Shown: one piece after another, positions 1-12,066 of the stretch
Position numbering within the stretch: position 1 is the first letter of the stretch
Layout of the letters: each line of letters opens with the position of its first letter
NCBI GenBank assembly: GCA_965644295.1
Contig: CBFFRP010000208.1
Span: forward strand, 62,931 to 126,930
Length of the DNA stretch: 64,000 nt
Origin: Paraphysomonas bandaiensis
Taxonomy: Eukaryota; Protista; Chrysophyceae
Direction: 5' to 3'
Program-made: the position numbers and the translations under genes
The notes under the pieces: model-generated
Database searches by the model: none
The model's input: the letters and a program-made list of their open reading frames with translations, nothing else
Told to the model about the DNA's origin: nothing

Positions 1-883
1 CTTCCTTCGACGATGAATCTAAGGGCTGAGGAAGTATATTCTAGTAGTACTGTAAGGTAGCGTCCTATCGATAATATTGCAATACTTTCTAACCGCCCCA
101 GCAATGCAATTGCAATATATTTGTGGGATTAATCAGCAGTACAGTTTGTTTATTTTTTATTATGGCATCGTACAGTATACAAATTCTTGTTGCAAGTAAG
201 CGTTAATGGATAACAATACCACTACTAATTTTCGCTGATTAGGCACTGCGACAATTGAACCAAAAGCTCATGGGTCTTTACCAGACAACATAAAAGTATG
301 TCGTGAGTGTCTCAAAAAGAAGCTACAAATATGGAGGGACCAATTTAGAAGCAGAAGGTAATAAAACATTCAAGAAATATGTACAGGTATATTGACTGTT
401 TTTCTCTCTCTTATGTCAGTATGTAATTCGAAATGAGCATTGCCTGGTTGCACTTGCTGAGAGTGGTGTTCTTACTAGTGTTTGTAGATGTGAACGAGGG
501 ATTAGAATATTGAGAGCGGTGCATGTAATCTTGATGCTGCTACTAATAACTGGGTAACCAACCACATACTAGATCTTACTCAGTATATTGTATTGAGTGT
601 GGTCTGATTTCAGTCTACTGTATGTCCTCTTTGTCCCTGTGGGTGTCTCTGGCTGCGCCATAAAACTCCCTATTCGAAGTCATAGAATGTAAAATCATCG
701 AGATTTGGCTAGAAACCCCCATATTTCTCCAGAATGGTGTTTTTATATTGTAGGAATATCCCTGATTTCCAGTATGAAAACCAGTTTTCCTGTATGCATT
801 CTGCTATCAATACTCTGTAAGAGTGTATGTATAGATCTGACTGTGCAGGGTATATATGCCCATTACTGGTAGATTACCCCGCC

Positions 884-1917
884 ATGAACTCCTCCTCATG
901 TCATACCAGTGAATCCCCTATCCATACAGTGGTGTTGGTGGGTAAGGTGCCCACTCTGTCAATGACCAAAACACGCCTAATTCCCTCTATTGGAGAGCTG
1001 TCTACCCTCATGCTGTGTCAGTCGATGATAAAGGACACCCTCTCCTGTGTCTCCTGTCAGGTGATGGAGAGCTGTGAGCTGGTGTGGTACTTTGCACCCT
1101 CATCAGACAGAGACAGAGCGGAGGATCTGCTCAACGCGAGCTCATGTGCTGAGAAGTGGAGAGTAATGCCAATGCCTGATGTTTGTGGACTCCGATCAAC
1201 GAGTTTGACAGATCTGTTAAAGTATGCTCTTCTCAATATTCCAGATAAGAGAAGGTTACTTACTGACATTTGTTGATACTGGTAATGTGTGTGAAGTTGT
1301 AGCTGTACACTGATCGGAAGTGACACTCCCCACCTTCCTTTTGATGAAATCGCAAGAGGACAAAAATACGCTGAGAATGGTCAATGTTACATATGTCCAG
1401 GTGAAAAATATCTTCTTTGTTTATCTGTTTCCCATGCTAATGTCGAATGATATAGCTGAAGATGGCGGGTACGTATTGCTGACAGTTCCTCTTTCAAGCG
1501 AGTTACAAAAGTGCTCCCTATTTGATGAAGTATATCAGAATCATATGTATTTCTCTTTGTCACTACTGTGATACATATTCTGTAGGTGGAATGGTCGTCG
1601 CCAAATACTTTAACCACGCAGATTCAGGCCTTAGAGAGATCTGGTTATTGTTCTAAAATGCACCGACGATGTACAGTGTAACAATTTCATAGGTTTCAGT
1701 GTCATCGTTGGAAATACGTACAGAGACGTGGATGATATAGATGACCTTCGTTGGCTCTGGGAGCGGCGCCAAATGCACATAGCAGATAAGAGTGTGAGTC
1801 CAAAGGAAGTACGCCGTGCACATTTTAACTGTCCTTCAGGTAGACGACAAATATAGCAGTACACCATGTCAAACTTTAGCAGTGTTAGAAGATATATTTT
1901 TGAGGGCTGATGTATAG
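884..1917 (+). CDS. DUF2064/TIGR04282-type (CofC-like, GT-A fold) nucleotidyl/glycosyltransferase, 6 exons
   Basis: GT-AG introns at 1255-1302, 1401-1455, 1530-1585, 1644-1692 and 1794-1839 join the ORF fragments into one frame. The product has the family motifs KVP..TKTRLIPSIG, LIGSDTPHL, CPAEDGGYVLL, LFDEVEWSS and RDVDDIDDL. The start is in a gccATG context. Confidence 0.8.
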
Positions 1918-2134
1918 ATAATCATCGAAACTAGGTTAAGCACCATGTGGGTTTCGCTGTATGCTACTATGGTTACAGAGATATATGAGGTGCATCACTT
2001 GTATATTGAGAAGATTATATGTGCATTATTGTGTGCCATCGAGTTTATATAGAAATAATAATTTGCACCCCCCTACGCCGTATTGAAGGTTTTGTAGAAT
2101 GTATATATGTCAACTAAATTAATTGGTTTTTAAA

Positions 2135-2481
2135 ATGATAATTTCAATTAATTGTCTGGCTTAATTTTATATCCTCTTGAGATGTATAGCTACTGATCAT
2201 AGGTACAAATGTACAAACGCATTTATCTGTTAGCAAAGAAGCTTCGATGTATGTGCACAGTCACTTTATCATTTTATTTATCATAATTGCGCGACAGTAT
2301 AAGCCTCAGCACACAAGAAAAATAAATTGTAAATATAGTCGTAACGCACAGCTGATTGCTTCAAAATATTCAACTGATAATAAGACTTTCACACATAGTT
2401 AATAATAGCAATTATTATTGTTGGATACATGATACATGTCACCTGTCACCGAGTAATTGTTACGCACTACGCAGGCCTGGC
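2135..2481 (+). repeat. AT-rich dispersed repeat (family 2, TAATTG-rich), degenerate non-autonomous DNA transposon-like
   Basis: Shares blocks such as agatgtatagctactgatcatag and ctgtcacc..gtaattgtta..gcctgg with 17624-18100. Confidence 0.65.
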
Positions 2482-2770
2482 CTGGTAGTCAACTCCGCAA
2501 TCCATTTTGTGCATCTTTATCACTCGCGTATACTCTGTAAGTGCTTGGTCGTAAGCTGATTAGGCTATAGTAATGGGCTAATTTGGGTTGTGTATTGTGT
2601 AGTATAATACCATTGCATATACGTGCATCATCATATGATCACTTCGTCGATATATGGATCAAGGAGAGATTGCATGGCAATAAGTAATCTTAATGTTATA
2701 AAGAGCTAACCTAGGAAGAGAAATCCATAGTACATTAAAATATCCATAGTCTATTAAAATATAGTGTATG

Positions 2771-3598
2771 CTACTCACTGTCGACCTTCCCATTTTTCAG
2801 TCTCCACACATCTATAGGAACACGCCCGGCGCCACCATTCACACCTTTATCAGTCTCTTCGTCGTCGTTATCATTCTTATTGTCAGTTTCTGAGTACCAT
2901 TTCTTTTGCATCTCCCTACGAGCATCCTCTTCTCGTCGCCACTCTTCCATCGCAATTGCAAACGTTTCTTCTTTAGATAGCTCATTTCCAGGTGGTGCGA
3001 AAAATACTCTAGGCACTCGTCGGAGTTCCATATGTCGCATTATATAAGTTCTAAACTTAGACTCATTTTTCTGGAGTATAGCAGTGGTCTTCGAGTATAT
3101 TCGTTCCTTGATTTCATCGCCTTCACTTTCCTCATGTTTCGCATAAAACTCTTTAACAAAACCCTCCAGTAAATCGGATCCCCAGACTACATCAACATGA
3201 CTCAAATCTCGGTTTACTTTTACACGCTTTATATTCACAACATTCGATGTCTCTGGAATATCTTTAAATATTCCGTACAGAGAGTTTGAGGACAGCGCGT
3301 CTTCTAGTAGTTCAGTTATCTCACATGATGTGGTCTCCATCGCTCCAATCTCAGAGGGATGCAACTCATTTCTAGATCGACCTTCCAGTCTCTTACGCAG
3401 TTTCGTTCTTGCTGATTTCTGTAAAGCCGATTCATTCGATATGTTCTTATCTAGTTGAGCAGTGAGACTATTAGAGAGAGGAGTGGATCGCTGATGACCA
3501 GACATCAATCGACAAGACACAACTAACACACATCTATCTCCGATACGAGACAGAGAAGTCAGAGATTTGCTACAGGGGACTAACTGTCTTGCAAACAT
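2771..3598 (-). CDS. RBFA: Ribosome-binding factor A (RbfA) family protein, probably mitochondrial, intronless
   Basis: VKVNRDLSHVDVVW and FRTYIMRHMELRRVPRVFF match RbfA motifs. The Arg/Ser-rich N-terminus from Met at 3598 resembles a transit peptide. The upstream ORF extension is only a (TA)n tract. Confidence 0.75.
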   Translation of the reverse strand: MFARQLVPCSKSLTSLSRIGDRCVLVVSCRLMSGHQRSTPLSNSLTAQLDKNISNESALQKSARTKLRKRLEGRSRNELHPSEIGAMETTSCEITELLEDALSSNSLYGIFKDIPETSNVVNIKRVKVNRDLSHVDVVWGSDLLEGFVKEFYAKHEESEGDEIKERIYSKTTAILQKNESKFRTYIMRHMELRRVPRVFFAPPGNELSKEETFAIAMEEWRREEDARREMQKKWYSETDNKNDNDDEETDKGVNGGAGRVPIDVWRLKNGKVDSE

Positions 3599-3616
3599 TA
3601 CTGCGACTGGTATGTG

Positions 3617-3617
3617 A

Positions 3618-3642
<25 letters not shown>
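3617..3642. repeat. (TA)n microsatellite
   Basis: Perfect TA run immediately upstream of the RbfA start. Confidence 0.95.
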
Positions 3643-3651
<9 letters not shown>

Positions 3652-5172
3652 ATCCCTCAGAACACTCCTCTACAGGAGCCGGAATTGTATGCGTGAGACT
3701 CCTGGACACACACATCTCGACATCACTGGCATGTACTGCTGTATATGCAGTATATACGTATTCCTATACCCTAGAATACGTTGTGTGGGGTGCGTGTGGC
3801 ATGCCTGGTATGGTATATCGATAGGCCGTATGAGGTGGGCTGTGGACAGGTGGGGCCATCGCTATCACACCATCACAGTGTTGAATCTTAACAACACAGC
3901 CATCACATCACCATCTTGGATGATCTGACCTTAGAGATCACTCCACTGCCCCACCCGTGTTGGCCTTCTCATAGCTTCGCATGACTGTGTATGTACATGC
4001 ATGGCTTAGCCAGTCCCTCTGAGCGCTGCGGATGCTCGTAGTTATGTATGGCCATGCAAGTACATACAAATAATACGCTATGTATAGCTTAGTTTAATCT
4101 GCGCCACGACAACACCACCGTACACCCTGTAGTAGGACAGTTAAGATCACAGTCCGTGCTATGATCAGTGTGGTTAAGAGTGTGGCCACGAGCACGATAT
4201 GTGAGGTTATCACTACGAGCAATAGAGCTGCTAGATGGTTTATGGGATTAACTTTCATAAGAATAGTACAAGTACAATGAGCAAATAGCGATCAAAAAGT
4301 ACTTACGATATGAAGATATTACACATACGCTATAGCAGTTTTGTATCTTGTAACACTAAATGAAACAAACTACAACTTTTATTACCGAGTAGTTTATTAT
4401 ATGCTTGGTTCAATATTGATGAAATAGTACTGTCAATTCAGAATATTTGCAACACTGTGAATACCACACTTTTTGATAATACATATCTCCTACTTCAGCG
4501 CAACAACAAGATAATTCTACAACTTTATTTATAAGTATTTCTTTAAAATATGCCGTTGTTATATTACACTTTTCTTTTCTACCTCCATAGTCCTGTTTAC
4601 TATTTTATGTTGTTATGTATAGTAAATAGGAATGGTGTAGAAACTAGAAACAGATATTGGATTTGTAAGTTTGCACCTATATTCAGTAGCTATACAGCGT
4701 AAGGTACTAACTATAAAATTAAGCCAGCAAATTAAGTAGCAACATGAAGCAATAATAATTCCGTTATCATTTTTTAAACCAATTGTTATGTAAGTCTGCT
4801 TGGGGCCCTTGGTTCGTCGTTGCGTGTGTGGAGCATTTCTTATGGAAATACCTTTCAACATTTGAAACATCTGATTTTATTATTTTAAGTTGCTTGTACA
4901 GCCCATTGCATTAACTGCAAGATACTACACATGCAATGAGTATAGAAACAACGGTCTACAGTGTTGACCCATGACAGGACTACAAACTACATCAGGCACA
5001 AAGCGTCTTAGAGTACAAGAATCAACACGTATTTATATGTTATAAGGAGAGGATACGAGCTGCAAAATATTACAATCATACAGACGACTTCTATTCCGAC
5101 GCCGCTCTCCACTGGTTAATAACAGGGGTATGGACATAAACGCTACAATTCAAACCAGAACAAAGTGACTTG

Positions 5173-6082
5173 TCAGATTCCTGCTTTAAACGACTTCGCG
5201 ACTTCCCTGTCAGCTTTATTAGTGTTAATTGCCTTCACAGCCTTGAGTTCTTTAATAAGTGATCTTTCCAAAAGAGTATCAGGTCCTTCTGCCGCGATAA
5301 GCTGCCTGATTTGCTCCTCGTATGCCTGGTACAATATAATAATGCCTTGTACGTACACACCAGCACACGTACCTGCACACAGAGATCTTTCAGCTCTGCG
5401 CTGCTCTTTTTGCTCAAGTTTCGCAGGGAAGGACATGTAGACATATCTCTTTGATCTACAATAGCGCCCATGTTATCCATCTGCTCAGCACAAAATATAA
5501 ATAGAGGTTCCAAAGTGTGAAGCATAATGTACTACTTACTGATGTGCAGACAAACACTCCAGGAAACCCCTCCAATGGTTCATAGCCCTCTCCAGGGCAC
5601 GCATCCAGTGAAGCTTCGTCTGGCCAGGAAATAGCGTACCACCACCGCACTAACAGCCGCTGTACGAGGTTGCCCTTTGTAGTCTGGTAGAAACTCTCTG
5701 GTATGGTGGAGGAGGCCATGGGATCACCCTTCATTGCCTTCACTACACTAGGTTTCGACTTGTCAGGTCGTTTCGAAGCCGCCGAAGTAGATTTAGCAGA
5801 AGTGCTCGAGTTCGATACCTTCGACTGAGACTTACGGCTAGCCGCAGAGGCAGTCGCAGCTGCAGGTTTGGTGTTCTTAGCCTGCTGCTTCCTCTTCACA
5901 AGCTCCGCTACAGGTATATCATCTTCATCATCATCATCATGCGTGACAGGCTCCTTCTTTACAGCTACACCACGCCTCCGAAGCATTTCAGCAATAGGTA
6001 TATCATCATCACTGTCTGACCACGAGGGAGTCGTGGGCTCTACTTTGACTTTCTTTGTAGGGGGCTGTGCTGGGTCAGACAT
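5173..6082 (-). CDS. Conserved hypothetical protein, 3 exons; low-complexity N-terminus with repeated DDDIP(I/V)AE motif and a folded C-terminal domain
   Basis: Introns at about 5539-5481 and 5372-5327 (GT-AG) give a continuous frame ...LVQRLLVRWWYAISWP...LEGFPGVFVCTS|MDNMGAIVDQRD...CPSLRNL...|AYEEQIRQL...SFKAGI*. Confidence 0.8.
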
Positions 6083-6670
6083 CGTATGATTCTATCACCC
6101 GGATCAAGCTACTATTGGATGGGTGAGCTGTGTGCACTATGATGATGGAGAGGAGATGCCTTTGTTTGCACCGTTAGCAGACTATACACATACATGTATA
6201 TGCTGTATATATATGTGTATATATGTACACGGTACATTGCTATACAGTTCATACCTATACACATACTACATACGCTGATACGCAGATCCACTGCGTACTG
6301 CTGTACACAGCGCAGTACATGGACTTCATATCCAGACATACGCAGAAAGACAACACTCATATTTGAAATAGAGACGGTATTCTGCTGATACAGTGGAATA
6401 CAGTCAATGAATACCTCCAACTGCAAACTGTATACCACTATATAGAGTACAACAGTATACGTACAGCAGTACAACAGTGCAGCAGTACTTGCGAGGAGTA
6501 GGAGAGTACATGGTGCTGTATGTATTGCTGTGTGTATACCATGGAGGTCTATATATACACAGCACACTGCTGTGGATCAAGAAATATACACATACATATA
6601 TCTCAACTAGAAACTCATCAACAACACCCTCATCCATCCGCCCACTCTCCTCCATTCTCTCCCCCATAAA

Positions 6671-8747
6671 ATGCAAGATATTCAGAGCTCTTCATTCGAT
6701 CTGGACGGACTGAATATGTGCATATCTTCCCTTCAGTTGAGTGGGTTTCCATCAGCTAAGATTAAAGTAGATGAGCTTCTCTTGGAGTGGATTAACATAA
6801 ATGACACCGGAAAAATTATTGATTTTTTACTTGAAGAAGCTTCATCCAGGACATCTGACGGACACAGCATACCGGCCCCTCCTGATATCCAGAACAGCAC
6901 TCCTCCGCCCCGATCACCTTCAAACAATCGATCGCCTAAGAAACGACTCCAGTCTGAGATATCTAATGCACCGGAGAAGACAAAAGGCGAAAAATTGGAT
7001 CTATCTATTGATAAGGGTTCGGAATCTGAGGATAGTAGTTCTGCACAGACGACACGTCGCCGGTCGAACATTGACACGATTCCTGTGTTCTATGTGCGTG
7101 GCCGGGGCCACCGCTCGAGGAAGCCCATAGTAGAGGACCAGCTTATGCTTAAACTCACCGAGATAGAGTCATACTTCAAAGCTTATCCTTCCGGTATCCC
7201 ATTTGCGAACTTCGTTCATATAACGAAAGGTTTGTGCGGACTACCGTCTTTCTTTAACCTGCCCCTTTGTCGACGTATCACCCAACTTTACCCTCCTGCT
7301 GCTAACCCTTCTGAAAAGTCCAGCGGGTCCCGACAGAATCGACAGCCTGCAGCTGCAGCAGGGATGGGTACCGGGCGCATCACCTTGAAGATGTTTCTCC
7401 AGTTTTGGCAGGCAGAGATGGAACCCTTCGACAGATACGAAAGATTTTTTCGACTGATCAAGCAGCCAACCCCTGGTGTGGACTACATCGCTAAGGATGA
7501 TTTTGTTCCCTTTATACAAGAACTTCTTCATTTTCACCCAGGGTTGGAGTTTCTTGAGAGTCATGATGAATTTCAACGGAAGTACGCTCTGACAGTTATC
7601 GCCCGCATATTCTTCAAAGTTAATCTCTCACGTACTGGACGACTATCACTCCGGGAAGTGCGAGGTTCGAATATAGCGGCAGAATTTATGCACGTCGACG
7701 AAGAGACGGATATCAACCGTGTGGTAGAGTATTTTTCATATGAACATTTTTATGTGTTGTATTGCCGGTTCTTCGAGCTCGATGCTGACAAGGACTCCAA
7801 ATTATCAAGAGACGACCTCCTCAAGTATGGAGAGCATGCTCTCTCTGAAGCCATTGTTGACAGGCAATAGATCATGCACTTCCTCAGTCACTGTATTTGT
7901 AATTTTATGAATTCAGAGTTTTTCAGGTTGGATGTCGGGCATTTTCAGATGGAAAAGAGGGCGGCTATAATGCTGGTGGCATGACGTACTCAGATTTTGT
8001 GTACTTCATGTTGGCAGAAGAGGATAAAACCAGTGAGGCCTCACTTTCCTACTGGTTTGCATGTTGCGACCTGGATAGCAATGGTGTTATCACTCCTGAT
8101 GAGCTGCGGTACTTTTACCGCTCGCAGCTGCACCGGATAGCTAGTCTGGTGCGTGCTTTTTTCCCGTTTGCCTTGTTCTATGTACACATATATATATATA
8201 TTGTATATCTCCTTAACTGTGTTTTTGGTGTTGTATAATTATAGGGCCAAGAAACCGTCAGTTTTGCAGATGTCATGTGCCAAATGATCGATATGATTTC
8301 CCCGAATGATGAAAGGGCCATCACTCTGAAGGATCTCCTTCGACCCAGCAAACGAGCATACAGCGGTGAGCATATTCGATTAATGCGGTGTATTTCACAA
8401 TTTGATATGTAGGCGTACTCTTTGATGTACTGTTTAACCTCCACAAATTCATGAGATTTGAGGCGCGGGATCCATTTCAAGAGAAACAGCGCCGAGAGGA
8501 TATGTTCCAGTGCGATTGGGACCGCTTCGCTCACATTGAGTATCATCGACTTGCTGCCGAAGAGGAAGAGGGTTATGATTCGAGTATGGACGTGGATATT
8601 GGAGAGGAGGGAAAAAGGCACCAAGCTGACATGTCAGCGGACTCTGATTGGCTAATAGATGATGACGACGATGACGATGATGACCTTGTACTTTCCCGCA
8701 GTATGGAGAAGAGAGGTGCAAAGGGATCTAAAGGAGTAGGTAGGTAG
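6671..8747 (+). CDS. PPP2R3: Protein phosphatase 2A regulatory subunit B'' (PR72/PR130 family, EF-hands), 4 exons
   Basis: Motifs HPGLEFL, YFSYEHFYVLYCRFFELDADKD, DFVYFMLAEEDK..SLSYWF and DWDRFAHIEY. Introns at 7864-7916 (GC-AG), about 8149-8244 and about 8368-8412. Confidence 0.95.
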
Positions 8748-9112
8748 GGGTGGCTCAGTTCGATATGAAATAGTGTTTGAATGCGTGTTTTGTGAAAGAA
8801 CTTGCCGGCTCATGAATTGTACTTGTAATTCGATCGCCTCGTTCCTGGTTTATTATTCATACTTGTAGTAGCTAGTAATTACTATTAAGAATAATCATCG
8901 TGGAGAGATAACTTATCTGGTTGGGATCTATTATTGGACCCAGTTATTGGGTGTAAAATTGGTCAGCCTGTTGAGCTTTGCTTATTTGTGATATTAAAAG
9001 GTGTATTATTGTGAGGTATTCGATTTAAGGTATGCAGTAGATAAAAATGTAGTTAATTATGTGAATTACGAGTTTTGTTAGAGAAACTGAAATAAATAAG
9101 AATTACTGCTGC

Positions 9113-9311
9113 TTGTAGTGAATGTCTTCTTTTAGCAATATAGGCGTGTAAAAGTCAGAACTAATGTAGCATTGCAATTGAACTAGCTAGTGCTTAACTC
9201 TGATATTCTACTATTTTGCGCTACGAAAGCTGCTTGTGTGCCACCGCAAGGTGTAACCACTTTCGCTCTATAGCTCTAAAGCAAACGCAGTGTGCAAAAG
9301 CAGAATGTTGA
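9113..9311 (-). mobile_element. Repeat family 1 copy (end of module A plus module B)
   Basis: The reverse complement contains agagcgaaagtggttacacc..cacaagcagctttcgtagcg and the shared 3' end gcctat..tgcta..gacattcactac. Confidence 0.75.
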
Positions 9312-10171
9312 GTTATGTATATGGGAGGATAGTGTTCCGAAAGGGAAAGCAAGATGGTGCGAGGTAGAGGTATAGAATCTGTAGTGTCTCAGGGCGCAGA
9401 TTGCAGTGTATAAGTTGGACGTATATAGAGTTGGCGGAGTCATCTACGTTGGGGCTCTCGTTGTAATATTCAGTGAAAGATATATCTTCGTACTTCGTAT
9501 TAGAGTTAGTAGAAGGTAAATTGTATTAAGTTTCAGATAAGGAATAAAGCCTAATAGTAAAACAGCAAGACTAATCACATAAAAATGTATCTTGTACAGT
9601 CTTGTTATTTATATTGTCCATTAATAATTTAGTCAATTCTTATGTTATTGTGCCTTGTTGATTACACGCATACACGCATGTAATATATTATGTTAAGAGG
9701 TATAAGTGAATTAGTGAATCTTTACAGAAATAATTAGTGAGATATCAGATCGTATCTATTTGTCTTTCTGATATTCAACTGTCTAAGATATGATAATGTT
9801 GATTGGTAGTTGAGGGAATATAAATATAAATGTAGCGAATATCAATGAATGACGAGGGAAGTTGTAAGTAATATATATTATTACGAATTGACTATTGTGT
9901 GAGTTCAAGTTATATCACCATTCTAATATGTCCAATTGTTTACTAACAACACTAAAGTCAACAGCTAATTCTACTGTTACTCCTCTAGTAACTACGAATT
10001 ACCCTATAGGGAATTGATCTGACATTATAGATGATTGGCACTTGTGTACAACCTACACAACGCAAAAAAGATATACTATGTATCCAACAAATACGCAAAT
10101 GATTTGATATATTAATTAGATGGATCTATATGTGTGTCGTTATTTATTCTTGCAGACAGCAGGGTTCCACG

Positions 10172-11427
10172 TTATTGTGATTTCTTCTTATATCGATGAT
10201 ACTTCTTGAACGTATTCCGGTGTTTAGCTATGAACTCTGTCTTTTTCTCCTCCAAATACTCATCTAGTACTGTCCCTGATCTCCACACTTCCCGGTTTAC
10301 CAACAACTGCTGGTCCTGTGGAGAGAGGGAGCCCCACATCCCAGTGCCGACTGCATGGGCTGCGAACTCCCACTTCTCGTCCTCAGACAACTGATGGAAA
10401 TAGAAACATCCACATTGTCAAATATACATAAATTGAAGTATATATCCGCATACCTCATCTGACGTTGCCGTAGCAGCACGATACTTCCTGCGAATCCAAA
10501 GGCAAACATCCATGGGAAGGAGCAACAGCCATATCAGAAAAACATCTCTATATGTGGGCTTTTTGTAACCACCCTCTATTTGCACTTCCCCAACTACCTT
10601 CTCAGCAGACAAAAATAAGCCTAGTAGTGATGTATCACTCCTCACGTACCTCCTCCACAACCGCTAAAAATGCTGGATCCTGTGCCAATTTTGTAGGTTT
10701 AATCTTGCTTGCAGTCTCTCCATTACGCTCGCGAAACCGCTGCAGAGCACGTTTATGGAGCTCAACTGTCTGAAGTGTTCCCCCACTTTTGACGCCCAAA
10801 TTGTTTGCTGTTGCAGTAAAGAGATAGTTCTTGGCACGACGCCATTTCTCGTACTGAACAAATGGCAGTAATACGGATAAAAATAATACCACACCGGATA
10901 TAACAAGTCGAACATCTGCCTTTGGCAGCTGGCGGTAGTAGAACTTCCCGGTGACCTTGTAGTATTCCTGTATGTGATACTATTAGTTGCAGACTATCTA
11001 TAAAGCGCGAGATCTAAGTGCCTACCCTAGGGTGGTCAAGGTAGTAATCGTACAACTCCTTTTGCTCCACATCTCCGAGAACTTCCATAGCCTTAGCTGC
11101 TTCTCGGAATGCCGTCGTAGTATCAACATCTTTATTCTTGTCTGGGTGCAACTTTAATGCCAGTGATCTGTAAGCCTTCAAGAGCAGCACGAATGAGAGA
11201 TCCGTTACAGAGGAGTATATATGAGGCACCTTCTTTATGGATTTTAGTGTATCTCGACGTGATACACCCAACACGTCATAGCAGTCCTTATTACCACAGA
11301 ATATATTAACTGAATACGACACTTATCACATAAGACAGATAGATCAGATGTTCTCACAGGGATCTTCAATTGCATATGCAGCACTGCATGTGCTCAACAG
11401 TATAACGAGGCTATATGCACAGTGCAT
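10172..11427 (-). CDS. DNAJC25: ER-type DnaJ protein (DNAJC25-like): signal peptide, J-domain and TM segments, multi-exon
   Basis: Signal-like MHCAYSLVILLSTCSAAYA, then NIFCGNKDCYDVLGV, an HPD motif (LHPDKNK), YDYYLDHP, GGYKKPTYRDVF and a hydrophobic segment. GT-AG introns join the frames. Confidence 0.88.
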
Positions 11428-12066
11428 TGCTGATTAAGGATATCTTAATGCTCGATCAACCCTATTGTACGTAAGCCACACACCGTAGACAGAGAATGAA
11501 ATTATAGTTGAAAGGTATGTTAAGGTACAAGAGGAACTGTGCAATTGACGTGACCGCTCATTAAATTGAACACATTAAAATTGAGGGAAAATATGTCAAA
11601 ATGCGGGAAAAGTACGTCAAAATATCTCTGAATATTTCCTGTTTTTACAGAATTGTCTGGACAAAAAGGACAAAAACAGTATTGTGATTGCACTGTTTTT
11701 TGACGGTTGTAAATCTTTGTCTGGAGCCAACCACTAACACCACATCAAAAAACAACAATATCGCAGATTTCTATTAGAAAACCCCGTCTATTCGCATATT
11801 TAGCATGTTAAACCACCAGAAATACCCCACTTGAGTGCGTATTTCCGCATACGGAGCGCATATCCTGCCGGCCTGTTAGTAGGCTGAAATTCAAACTGGT
11901 GAAATTAATCAGCTGAACACCATCAGACAGATCCGCATATCTCGCGACTGCATCATTCCAGTGTCGTGTGAATCATATTTCCAGTGAGGGTATTTGCGTT
12001 CATTACAGTGAGGCGGTGCGTGTCGATAGCCGTTCATTACATGTCAATATATTAATAGAGGAGTCA

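Noticed and set aside
827-1867. Apparent pseudogene or transposon relic made of broken ORFs
   Set aside because: All stops fall inside short GT-AG introns. The spliced product is an intact DUF2064-type protein.
3780-4250. Telomerase RNA or a spliceosomal snRNA
   Set aside because: There is no CTAACCC-type template on either strand and no U1/U2/U4/U5/U6 signature. It is kept only as an unassigned ncRNA candidate.
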